Source: Cenarchaeum sp.
GTDB lineage: Archaea > Thermoproteota > Nitrososphaeria > Nitrososphaerales > Nitrosopumilaceae
Assembly (NCBI GenBank): GCA_965206845.1
Contig: OZ242221.1
Coordinates: 1-64,000, forward strand
Length of the DNA stretch: 64,000 nucleotides
Direction: 5' to 3'
Shown here piece by piece: positions 10,244 through 20,500 of this stretch. The position numbers and the translations under genes are program-made. The stretch's first letter is position 1. Every line of letters starts with the position of its first letter. Under the pieces are notes generated by a model, which made no database searches, had not been told where the DNA came from, and saw nothing but the letters and a program-made list of their open reading frames with translations.

Positions 10244-11605
10244 CTATCTGCGTTTCAGCTTGGGGTTTGCTATGGCGTCAAGCGCATTGCCAATGAACAC
10301 AAAGGCCAGCCCCGTAACGGCAATCATGACCCCTGGGGGCATCACCCACCACCACAGGCCCCTGGCAGCAGCGCCAAAGGTGTTGGCGTCGTGCAGTATC
10401 TGGCCCCACGTGGGGAAGGTGGGATCGCCGAGGCCCAGAAAGCTCAAGCCAGCCTCTGTTGTGATGGCAGCAGGAACGGATATTGCGATGCTCGCAAAGG
10501 CGTACGGGAGCAGCTGGGGCACGATATGCCGGAATATTATGCGCGAGTTCTTCTGCCCCATCATAGCGGACGCCTCTACAAACTCCCGGGTCTTTATCTG
10601 CAGGGCTATGCTGCGGGATATCTTTGCCACCCCGACCCAGCCAAAGATCATTAGAAACCCGATCATCACAAATATGCTGTTGCTGATAGTGACTGCCAGT
10701 ATGATCAAGAATGGCAGCGCAGGCAGGGCGTAGATCACGTCGTTGAACCTCATCATGGCTTCCTCGGTAGTCCTACCGCGGTATGCCGCATATACGCCGT
10801 ACACAAGCCCGAAAGCAACAGAGCCTACCGAGACCGTTATTCCAATGAACAGTGCCAGCGGGGTTCCCCAGAGCAGACCCACTGCCAGATCCCTTCTCAG
10901 CTCGTCTGTTCCCATGATGCCAAATACCTTTCCGCCCACTATCATCTTCGAGTCGCCCATCTGTACCGCATCCTGCGTGCTGTACACATTTACCAGAAAT
11001 GTGTAGGTGCCCTTGAGTACGCCAGCACCGGACTGGGAGAACACCACATCCTCTGTGGACATTCCCTGCGTTGAGAAGCCTAGGCTGTCAGACTGTAGGA
11101 GCAGACTCTTTTTTACCCCCTCATCGGTAGAGAAGATCCTTCCGCTGTATGTGGTGGCCTCAGATGACGGTGGCAGTGATGTTGAGACCAGATCCAGCAC
11201 CATGCCATCGGGGCGGATCACCTCCATCTGCAGCAGCGGCGAGCCGGAGTACGCCGCCTCAAAGGCGTATATGAAGTCACTGGGAAAGTCATCATAGTCA
11301 AAGTCCACATCAAACTGCTGGACGGTGACTGCTACGCCGCCCGAGTCTATGGTTCTGGTCAGCGGCTCAAGCACTCTGTGCTCGGGAATCTTCTCCACGG
11401 TAAACAGGTTAACCCATGAAGGCATGGCCGTCTTTGGCAGATCGATCCATCTGCCGGGGTTGTTCCACTCCTGAAGCGTGTCCAAGGGAATGGCAACAAC
11501 TGCTACCGCCGACACCAGCACCAGCACCACTAAAATCCCAACCCCAGCAACCCCCATTTTGCTCCTCAGCAGCTCGGATGCCGTTCCGCCGGAGAGCGGG
11601 CTCAT
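10244..11605 (-). CDS. peptide/nickel ABC transporter permease (DppC/OppC-like)
   Basis: GTDELRRD, EFVEASAMMG (EAA loop), EAGLSFLGLG, PTWGQIL. Confidence 0.93.
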   Translation of the reverse strand: MSPLSGGTASELLRSKMGVAGVGILVVLVLVSAVAVVAIPLDTLQEWNNPGRWIDLPKTAMPSWVNLFTVEKIPEHRVLEPLTRTIDSGGVAVTVQQFDVDFDYDDFPSDFIYAFEAAYSGSPLLQMEVIRPDGMVLDLVSTSLPPSSEATTYSGRIFSTDEGVKKSLLLQSDSLGFSTQGMSTEDVVFSQSGAGVLKGTYTFLVNVYSTQDAVQMGDSKMIVGGKVFGIMGTDELRRDLAVGLLWGTPLALFIGITVSVGSVAFGLVYGVYAAYRGRTTEEAMMRFNDVIYALPALPFLIILAVTISNSIFVMIGFLMIFGWVGVAKISRSIALQIKTREFVEASAMMGQKNSRIIFRHIVPQLLPYAFASIAISVPAAITTEAGLSFLGLGDPTFPTWGQILHDANTFGAAARGLWWWVMPPGVMIAVTGLAFVFIGNALDAIANPKLKRR

Positions 11606-12657
11606 GTGCCTGTCCTCACCCGGGGATCAAAGTATCCGTAGAGAAGATCCGCTATGAGAATACTGATCAAAAAGAAGACGGTCAGGACATAGGTGGCGCC
11701 GATTATTACCGGAAGGTCCAGAACCATTATGGCCTCAAAGTACAGCCTGCCCATGCCGGGCCAGTCAAATACCGCCTCGGTAATTATGGCGCCGCCAAGG
11801 GATCCCGAGAGGCTCAGCGCTAGGACCGTGACTATCGGCGGGGCCGCGTTCTTGAGCCCGTGCCGGTATATGATCCTCCTTCGCTTGATTCCCATGGTCT
11901 TCTTTGCTGATATAAAGTCCTCCTGCATTATGCCAACCATGAAGTTGCGCACCAGGTACGCCCAAGAGCCAAACCCTATGAGGACTATCGTAATCAGGGG
12001 CAGCGTCATATGGTACAACAAGGACGCGATGTACCCGGGATCGTCCGGCGACACGTTGGGCGTGGCCCTGGCGGGAAATATCTGGTATGTGAAGGAGAAC
12101 AAGAAGATCATGATCATGCCCACCCACCAGACGGGAAAGCTGGAGCTTATCACGGCAAAGGATGACGTGATACGGTCGGCCACCGAGCCTACCCTGCTCC
12201 CGGCTATGGCTCCAAGAAAGATCCCGATTATTGATATGATTATGGTTGCGGTGGTAAACAAAAGTATGGTGCGCGGCATCTTCTCAAGTATTATGTCGCG
12301 TACGTCAGTCGAGCCCGCGTCACTGGTCAAAAACGTGGCGTTTCCAAAGTCCAGCGTCAGGATCCTGTACATGGTAAAGCCGACTCTCTGGGGCGAGTGC
12401 CACGGCTCATCGAGGCCCAAGGCCACTATCCTGTCGTTTATTCTGTCCTGTACATATTTCTCAAAATCCTGTGTATCTGCAAAGCTTGCAACCAGCTCCG
12501 GATCCGCCGTAATCTCGGTTCTTGTCTGAAACGAGACCGATTGCTTGAGGATGACATCCATGTTGGAGCCTACAAGGGCTATTGTCAGCAGTAGCGTGAC
12601 CATGAGGACCCCAAACATGGTAATGATCCTGGTCGAGATGTACCGTTTGAGTCCCAT
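11602..12657 (-). CDS. peptide/nickel ABC transporter permease (DppB/OppB-like)
   Basis: LDFG, PVWW, RHGLKNA, GAIITEAVFDWPGMG, DLLYGYFDPRVR; 4-nt overlap with the downstream permease. Confidence 0.93.
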   Translation of the reverse strand: MGLKRYISTRIITMFGVLMVTLLLTIALVGSNMDVILKQSVSFQTRTEITADPELVASFADTQDFEKYVQDRINDRIVALGLDEPWHSPQRVGFTMYRILTLDFGNATFLTSDAGSTDVRDIILEKMPRTILLFTTATIIISIIGIFLGAIAGSRVGSVADRITSSFAVISSSFPVWWVGMIMIFLFSFTYQIFPARATPNVSPDDPGYIASLLYHMTLPLITIVLIGFGSWAYLVRNFMVGIMQEDFISAKKTMGIKRRRIIYRHGLKNAAPPIVTVLALSLSGSLGGAIITEAVFDWPGMGRLYFEAIMVLDLPVIIGATYVLTVFFLISILIADLLYGYFDPRVRTGT

Positions 12658-12694
12658 AGCACAGACACTAATGGATATGCTTATAACAATTTGT

Positions 12695-12936
12695 CAGTTT
12701 CCAAGTTGGAAAAAAACGCCATTTAAAGGAAGTTCTGGTCGCTTATGATACAATTGTCATACTGGTTTGGGCTCTGCGGGTCGTCATATGTGGCCGGATC
12801 CGTGTCTGGAGCCTGAGATGTATGCCAGATGCCGTGTGTGTCGGGTCTGGCATGGCCGTCCAGCGTCCGCGATGTTGCCATGACGCGGTCATTCCGGCGT
12901 GAATGCGGCATTTTAGTACACTGCTTAACGGATCTG
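12695..12936 (+). repeat. dispersed repeat A (~240 bp, chain of short hairpins), copy 1
   Basis: Near-identical to 31548-31786 and diverged from 40335-40576; begins CAGTTTCCAAGTTGGAAA and ends TTAACGG(A/G)TCTG. Confidence 0.85.
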
Positions 12937-13062
12937 GTAAGGCTCTGCCCGAGATTTTAGCGGTAGCGGGTGTCATATCGCCACCCATAGCCGGCCCGAG
13001 GGTCGACCATGGGTAGCGGCATGGCGCCCGTTGCCGTTAAAATTTCGCATAAGGCCTTACCA
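12935..13062. mobile_element. MITE-like long hairpin C (128 bp, TGGTAAGG...CCTTACCA), copy 1
   Basis: About 42-bp imperfect inverted arms; other copies at 31785-31912 and 36717-36840. Confidence 0.75.
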
Positions 13063-13070
13063 CCTCCTCC

Positions 13071-14181
13071 TAGAGTCACGCTCACAAATAATTTCGCCTC
13101 CTGAAGTGCAGTTAGACAGAAAAGCTTTTTGATCACCAGATCGACAAGCCACCCATGGACGAGACTGACAAGAAGATCCGGGAGCTGACGGAGGCCATGC
13201 GTGCAGAGCAGGACGCCAGGATCCGCAACAGGATGATGGCGGTGCGCGGAATACTCGCGGGATACCCCACAAAGGACGCGGCGTACTTCGCAGACGTGGA
13301 CCGGCGCACAGTCCAGCTGTGGGCGGCGCGGTTCGACGAGGGCGGCATCGGTGGCCTCCGGGACGCTCCCGGAAGGGGAAGGCCTCCACGCGCGGGGTAC
13401 GGGCGGATCAGGAAACTGGCCGACAGGCTTGCCGGCAAGAACATGCTCACCCCGAGAAAGCTGCGAAACTGGATACGCGGGAGACTCGATGCCAGGTACA
13501 GCCTGTGCAGCGTGCGCAGGATCCTGCGCTTCCTCGGGTTCTCGTCCAAGAGGTCTGCTACCATGTATGCCTCGGTAGCTGGCGCCGACGCGGTGAGGCA
13601 GTGGCAGGCCGGTGCCACAGGCACGATATCGGGGGCAAAAAGGCGCAGATTTACGATCGTGGTGCAGGACGAGTCCATATTTCTCAGAACGGGGACGAAC
13701 GGAAGGAAGCTGTGGTCGCGCGTCGGGGATCCAGTGACTGTCAGCAGGCATGGCAGGAGGGACAGAACCATCGTGTTCGGCGCGCTTGCCGAGGACGGGA
13801 CCAGGCTGATGCGGCAGTATGGAAAGTTTGACGGCCCGACGTTTGTACGATACCTCAAGGAGGTGCGCCGCAAGTGGGGCAAGGTCCTCCTCGTAACGGA
13901 CAACGCAAGCCAGCACAAGCACAGGGAGGTGCGGCAGTACCTGGAGGAGCACGACGGGTTGGAGATCCTGTACCTGCCTACCGCGACGCCGAAGCTCAGC
14001 GCAGTCGAGTCCGTATGGAAGGATGCAAAATACAGGCTTGTCACTTCCGAACACTACGAGACGCTGGAGAACCTGACGCATGCGGTGTCAGAGTATTTCA
14101 GGACTTGTTCGATCAGGCTTGACATCTACAAATTCCTGTACCGTTGCATGTGAGGCGAAATTTTCACTGATCGTCACTCTA
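13071..14181 (+). mobile_element. IS630-family insertion sequence
   Basis: IRL TAGAGTCACGCTCACAAATAATTTCGCCTC and IRR GAGGCGAAATTTTCACTGATCGTCACTCTA; CTAG at both junctions; the equivalent empty site CCTCCTAGG is visible at 31916-31924. Confidence 0.92.
13155..14153 (+). CDS. IS630-family transposase (HTH + DDE_3)
   Basis: GLRDAPGRGRPP, VQDESIF, VTDNASQH, YLPTATPKLSAVESVW; intact frame. Confidence 0.93.
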   Translation: MDETDKKIRELTEAMRAEQDARIRNRMMAVRGILAGYPTKDAAYFADVDRRTVQLWAARFDEGGIGGLRDAPGRGRPPRAGYGRIRKLADRLAGKNMLTPRKLRNWIRGRLDARYSLCSVRRILRFLGFSSKRSATMYASVAGADAVRQWQAGATGTISGAKRRRFTIVVQDESIFLRTGTNGRKLWSRVGDPVTVSRHGRRDRTIVFGALAEDGTRLMRQYGKFDGPTFVRYLKEVRRKWGKVLLVTDNASQHKHREVRQYLEEHDGLEILYLPTATPKLSAVESVWKDAKYRLVTSEHYETLENLTHAVSEYFRTCSIRLDIYKFLYRCM

Positions 14182-14531
14182 GGCGCCCAACTTTCCACCC
14201 TCAGTCAGACGCCTGTAACTTGCCACCCCCCCCCCGCCAGAGATAGCCGCAAATCCACAAATTAATGCGACATTTTTGATCCACTGTTAGTAAGAAAATA
14301 AATGGCGCTTTTTTGAACCTATAATACATAATAATATACGCAAGATGCCGCCCAGAGGAGAAATCGTGGTTGACAAGCAGACAGGAGAAGAGTATCATGT
14401 CGAATGAGGGAGGAACTACTTTCCGTATACCACAATCGGGCTAGCGACCATTGCAGTTATTGGATTCATCCTTGTACACAGATGGTATGCCGAGCCACGC
14501 ATCCAAAACACACGGACATGTGCACCTGGTC

Positions 14532-17500
14532 TCAATTCGGGGTGCTGACGGTGTACGTCTCGTCTGATCCGGTGGGGGTGGTGCTGGTCAGGGGGTTGCT
14601 TGATTCATCTGCGATGCCGTGCCCTGATGATATGAGATCCAGGTTGTACGTCCCGTCAGTAGTGGCAGATACAGTAGCATAGTACGTGTCGCCGGAGCCT
14701 GAGATCGAGGTGACGGGGCTGGCAGTGGTTGAACTGCCGTGGTTGATTGTGAGCGTCCAGCTGTTCAGGGTGCCGTCATCGGCGGAGGCATAGTTGTCGT
14801 TTATCCTCAGGGTCCACGTGCCTGCGATTGATTCGCCACCAAAGTCTGGCGCGTACGTCTGGTCTATGTCGTCGTTGCTGCCGCCCGAACGGTTGTGGAC
14901 GGTCTTGGTCGTGCCGTCCGGGGCGATTAAATCAATCTTGAGGTCGCCTATGTACGTGTGGGTGACGTTCACGGCGACAGACACTGACGTGGCGGTGCCC
15001 GAACCAGGTACGGTGATGGTGTCAGATATGGTGTTGGCTTGTGTTATGGCAAGTGCAGGCGAGCGCGTCTGCGTGAACTGTTCGGTGCCGGTGCCGGTTC
15101 CGCCCGTACTGCCAGACGACAGGGCAAAGTCGGCCGCATCCACGCCGGTCACGTCCTCGCTGAAGGTCACCTTGTAGATTAGCGTCTGGCTGTCAGTCGT
15201 CGCGCTTGACGGGCTGTACCTCTCGATTGAAGAGACGGTGGGGGCGGTGGTGTCCGTGGTGATGGTGCTGACGGTGTACGTCTCGTCTGATCCGGTGGGG
15301 GTGGTGCTGGTCAGGGGGTTGCTTGATTCATCTGCGATGCCGTGCCCTGATGATATGAGATCCAGGTTGTACGTCCCGTCAGTAGTGGCAGATACAGTAG
15401 CATAGTACGTGTCGCCGGAGCCTGAGATCGAGGTGACGGGGCTGGCAGTGGTTGAACTGCCGTGGTTGATTGTGAGCGTCCAGCTGTTCAGGGTGCCGTC
15501 ATCGGCGGAGGCATAGTTGTCGTTTATCCTCAGGGTCCACGTGCCTGCGATTGATTCGCCACCAAAGTCTGGCGCGTACGTCTGGTCTATGTCGTCGTTG
15601 CTGCCGCCCGAACGGTTGTGGACGGTCTTGGTCGTGCCGTCCGGGGCGATTAAATCAATCTTGAGGTCGCCTATGTACGTGTGGGTGACGTTCACGGCGA
15701 CAGACACTGACGTGGCGGTGCCCGAACCAGGTACGGTGATGGTGTCAGATATGGTGTTGGCTTGTGTTATGGCAAGTGCAGGCGAGCGCGTCTGCGTGAA
15801 CTGTTCGGTGCCGGTGCTGGTGCCGGTTCCGCCCGTACTGCCAGACGACAGGGCAAAGTCGGCCGCATCCACGCCGGTCACGTCCTCGCTGAAGGTCACC
15901 TTGTAGATTAGCGTCTGGCTGTCAGTCGTCGCGCTTGACGGGCTGTACCTCTCGATTGAAGAGACGGTGGGGGCGGTGGTGTCCGTGGTGATGGTGCTGA
16001 CGGTGTACGTCTCGTCTGATCCGGTGGGGGTGGTGCTGGTCAGGGGGTTGCTTGATTCATCTGCGATGCCGTGCCCTGATGATATGAGATCCAGGTTGTA
16101 CGTCCCGTCAGTAGTGGCAGATACAGTAGCATAGTACGTGTCGCCGGAGCCTGAGATCGAGGTGACGGGGCTGGCAGTGGTTGAACTGCCGTGGTTGATT
16201 GTGAGCGTCCAGCTGTTCAGGGTGCCGTCATCGGCGGAGGCATAGTTGTCGTTTATCCTCAGGGTCCACGTGCCTGCGATTGATTCGCCACCAAAGTCTG
16301 GCGCGTACGTCTGGTCTATGTCGTCGTTGCTGCCGCCCGAACGGTTGTGGACGGTCTTGGTCGTGCCGTCCGGGGCGATTAAATCAATCTTGAGGTCGCC
16401 TATGTACGTGTGGGTGACGTTCACGGCGACAGACACTGACGTGGCGGTGCCCGAACCAGGTACGGTGATGGTGTCAGATATGGTGTTGGCTTGTGTTATG
16501 GCAAGTGCAGGCGAGCGCGTCTGCGTGAACTGTTCGGTGCCGGTGCTGGTGCCGGTTCCGCCCGTACTGCCAGACGACAGGGCAAAGTCGGCCGCATCCA
16601 CGCCGGTCACGTCCTCGCTGAAGGTCACCTTGTAGATTAGCGTCTGGCTGTCAGTCGTCGCGCTTGACGGGCTGTACCTCTCGATTGAAGAGACGGTGGG
16701 GGCGGTGGTGTCCGTGGTGATGGTGCTGACGGTGTACGTCTCGTCTGATCCGGTGGGGGTGGTGCTGGTCAGGGGGTTGCTTGATTCATCTGCGATGCCG
16801 TGCCCTGATGATATGAGATCCAGGTTGTACGTCCCGTCAGTAGTGGCAGATACAGTAGCATAGTACGTGTCGCCGGAGCCTGAGATCGAGGTGACGGGGC
16901 TGGCAGTGGTTGAACTGCCGTGGTTGATTGTGAGCGTCCAGCTGTTCAGGGTGCCGTCATCGGCGGAGGCATAGTTGTCGTTTATCCTCAGGGTCCACGT
17001 GCCTGCGATTGATTCGCCACCAAAGTCTGGCGCGTACGTCTGGTCTATGTCGTCGTTGCTGCCGCCCGAACGGTTGTGGACGGTCTTGGTCGTGCCGTCC
17101 GGGGCGATTAAATCAATCTTGAGGTCGCCTATGTACGTGTGGGTGACGTTCACGGCGACAGACACTGACGTGGCGGTGCCCGAACCAGGTACGGTGATGG
17201 TGTCAGATATGGTGTTGGCTTGTGTTATGGCAAGTGCAGGCGAGCGCGTCTGCGTGAACTGTTCGGTGCCGGTGCCGGTTCCGCCCGTACTGCCAGACGA
17301 CAGGGCAAAGTCGGCCGCATCCACGCCGGTCACGTCCTCGCTGAAGGTCACCTTGTAGATTAGCGTCTGGCTGTCAGTCGTCGCGCTTGACGGGCTGTAC
17401 CTCTCGATTGAAGAGACGGTGGGGGCGGTGGTGTCCGTGGTGATGGTGCTGACGGTGTACGTCTCGTCTGATCCGGTGGGGGTGGTGCTGGTCAGGGGGT

Positions 17501-20500
17501 TGCTTGATTCATCTGCGATGCCGTGCCCTGATGATATGAGATCCAGGTTGTACGTCCCGTCAGTAGTGGCAGATACAGTAGCATAGTACGTGTCGCCGGA
17601 GCCTGAGATCGAGGTGACGGGGCTGGCAGTGGTTGAACTGCCGTGGTTGATTGTGAGCGTCCAGCTGTTCAGGGTGCCGTCATCGGCGGAGGCATAGTTG
17701 TCGTTTATCCTCAGGGTCCACGTGCCTGCGATTGATTCGCCACCAAAGTCTGGCGCGTACGTCTGGTCTATGTCGTCGTTGCTGCCGCCCGAACGGTTGT
17801 GGACGGTCTTGGTCGTGCCGTCCGGGGCGATTAAATCAATCTTGAGGTCGCCTATGTACGTGTGGGTGACGTTCACGGCGACAGACACTGACGTGGCGGT
17901 GCCCGAACCAGGTACGGTGATGGTGTCAGATATGGTGTTGGCTTGTGTTATGGCAAGTGCAGGCGAGCGCGTCTGCGTGAACTGTTCGGTGCCGGTGCCG
18001 GTTCCGCCCGTACTGCCAGACGACAGGGCAAAGTCGGCCGCATCCACGCCGGTCACGTCCTCGCTGAAGGTCACCTTGTAGATTAGCGTCTGGCTGTCAG
18101 TCGTCGCGCTTGACGGGCTGTACCTCTCGATTGAAGAGACGGTGGGGGCGGTGGTGTCCGTGGTGATGGTGCTGACGGTGTACGTCTCGTCTGATCCGGT
18201 GGGGGTGGTGCTGGTCAGGGGGTTGCTTGATTCATCTGCGATGCCGTGCCCTGATGATATGAGATCCAGGTTGTACGTCCCGTCAGTAGTGGCAGATACA
18301 GTAGCATAGTACGTGTCGCCGGAGCCTGAGATCGAGGTGACGGGGCTGGCAGTGGTTGAACTGCCGTGGTTGATTGTGAGCGTCCAGCTGTTCAGGGTGC
18401 CGTCATCGGCGGAGGCATAGTTGTCGTTTATCCTCAGGGTCCACGTGCCTGCGATTGATTCGCCACCAAAGTCTGGCGCGTACGTCTGGTCTATGTCGTC
18501 GTTGCTGCCGCCCGAACGGTTGTGGACGGTCTTGGTCGTGCCGTCCGGGGCGATTAAATCAATCTTGAGGTCGCCTATGTACGTGTGGGTGACGTTCACG
18601 GCGACAGACACTGACGTGGCGGTGCCCGAACCAGGTACGGTGATGGTGTCAGATATGGTGTTGGCTTGTGTTATGGCAAGTGCAGGCGAGCGCGTCTGCG
18701 TGAACTGTTCGGTGCCGGTGCCGGTTCCGCCCGTACTGCCAGACGACAGGGCAAAGTCGGCCGCATCCACGCCGGTCACGTCCTCGCTGAAGGTCACCTT
18801 GTAGATTAGCGTCTGGCTGTCAGTCGTCGCGCTTGACGGGCTGTACCTCTCGATTGAAGAGACGGTGGGGGCGGTGGTGTCCGTGGTGATGGTGCTGACG
18901 GTGTACGTCTCGTCTGATCCGGTGGGGGTGGTGCTGGTCAGGGGGTTGCTTGATTCATCTGCGATGCCGTGCCCTGATGATATGAGATCCAGGTTGTACG
19001 TCCCGTCAGTAGTGGCAGATACAGTAGCATAGTACGTGTCGCCGGAGCCTGAGATCGAGGTGACGGGGCTGGCAGTGGTTGAACTGCCGTGGTTGATTGT
19101 GAGCGTCCAGCTGTTCAGGGTGCCGTCATCGGCGGAGGCATAGTTGTCGTTTATCCTCAGGGTCCACGTGCCTGCGATTGATTCGCCACCAAAGTCTGGC
19201 GCGTACGTCTGGTCTATGTCGTCGTTGCTGCCGCCCGAACGGTTGTGGACGGTCTTGGTCGTGCCGTCCGGGGCGATTAAATCAATCTTGAGGTCGCCTA
19301 TGTACGTGTGGGTGACGTTCACGGCGACAGACACTGACGTGGCGGTGCCCGAACCAGGTACGGTGATGGTGTCAGATATGGTGTTGGCTTGTGTTATGGC
19401 AAGTGCAGGCGAGCGCGTCTGCGTGAACTGTTCGGTGCCGGTGCTGGTGCCGGTTCCGCCCGTACTGCCAGACGACAGGGCAAAGTCGGCCGCATCCACG
19501 CCGGTCACGTCCTCGCTGAAGGTCACCTTGTAGATTAGCGTCTGGCTGTCAGTCGTCGCGCTTGACGGGCTGTACCGTTCGATTGAGGATATGGTGGGTG
19601 CGATACTGTCGGTGACGGTGACGGTGACTGCCTCAGAATCGGTTGCTCCGGCGCTGTCCTCCACTTGGACGGTTATGGTGTGCGCCCCCGTCTGGCTTGC
19701 AGTAGGCGTCCAGGAGAATACGCCGGTAGTCGAGTTTATGGTGGCACCCGTCGGCGGGGAGCCCGCCAACGAGAACGTCAAGGAGTCGCCGCTGTTGGCA
19801 TCGGTGGCAGTGGCGGTGAACGTGAGGGGCTGCAACTCGTTGACGCTCTGCGACCCTATGGAGTTTAGTTCAGGTGCCGCGTTGATCACGCCTCCCGTCA
19901 CCGTCACGTCCAGTATGCTCCAGTTGTTGCCGTTCTCAAATACCGAGCCTCCCGACGCCGTCACGTTGACAGCGTAGTCAGACTCTGTACCTACCGAGGT
20001 CATGTTCAGCTGGTTGCCGTTGACGATTGTAAACCGTGCAGGGTCGCCGGGCACGATGGCGTACGCCGGACGGTGGCTGTCCAGATACGTGCTTTGCGCT
20101 GAGATCGTCCCTACCACGCCGGGCACGTCCGTCCGGGCGATGGACATGCTGTCGGGGACGACGTACCAGTTCCCGAGGTTCTGCTCGAACGAGGCGGCAT
20201 CTGTGAACATTAAATTCATGTCAGCCACTTTCGAGACGTCCCAGGCAGAGATGTTCCCGTTGAATGAGGAGGCGCCGTTGAACATGGAGTACATGCTGGC
20301 CACAGACGAGACGTCCCAGGCAGAGATGTTCCCGTTGAATGAGGAGGCGCCGTTGAACATGGAGTACATGCGGGTCACAGACGAGACGTCCCAGGCAGAG
20401 ATGTCGCCGTCAAAGGAGGAGGCACCTGCGAACATTAAATACATGTCAGCCACTTTCGAGACGTCCCAGGCAGAGATATCCCCGTTGAATGAGGAGGCGC

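Noticed and set aside
12723-12988. Small ORFs duplicated at 12723-12988 and 31573-31838 (also 31247-31603 / 42577-42870)
   Set aside because: They arise from repeats A, B and C, have no recognisable motifs, and are not preserved in the diverged copy.
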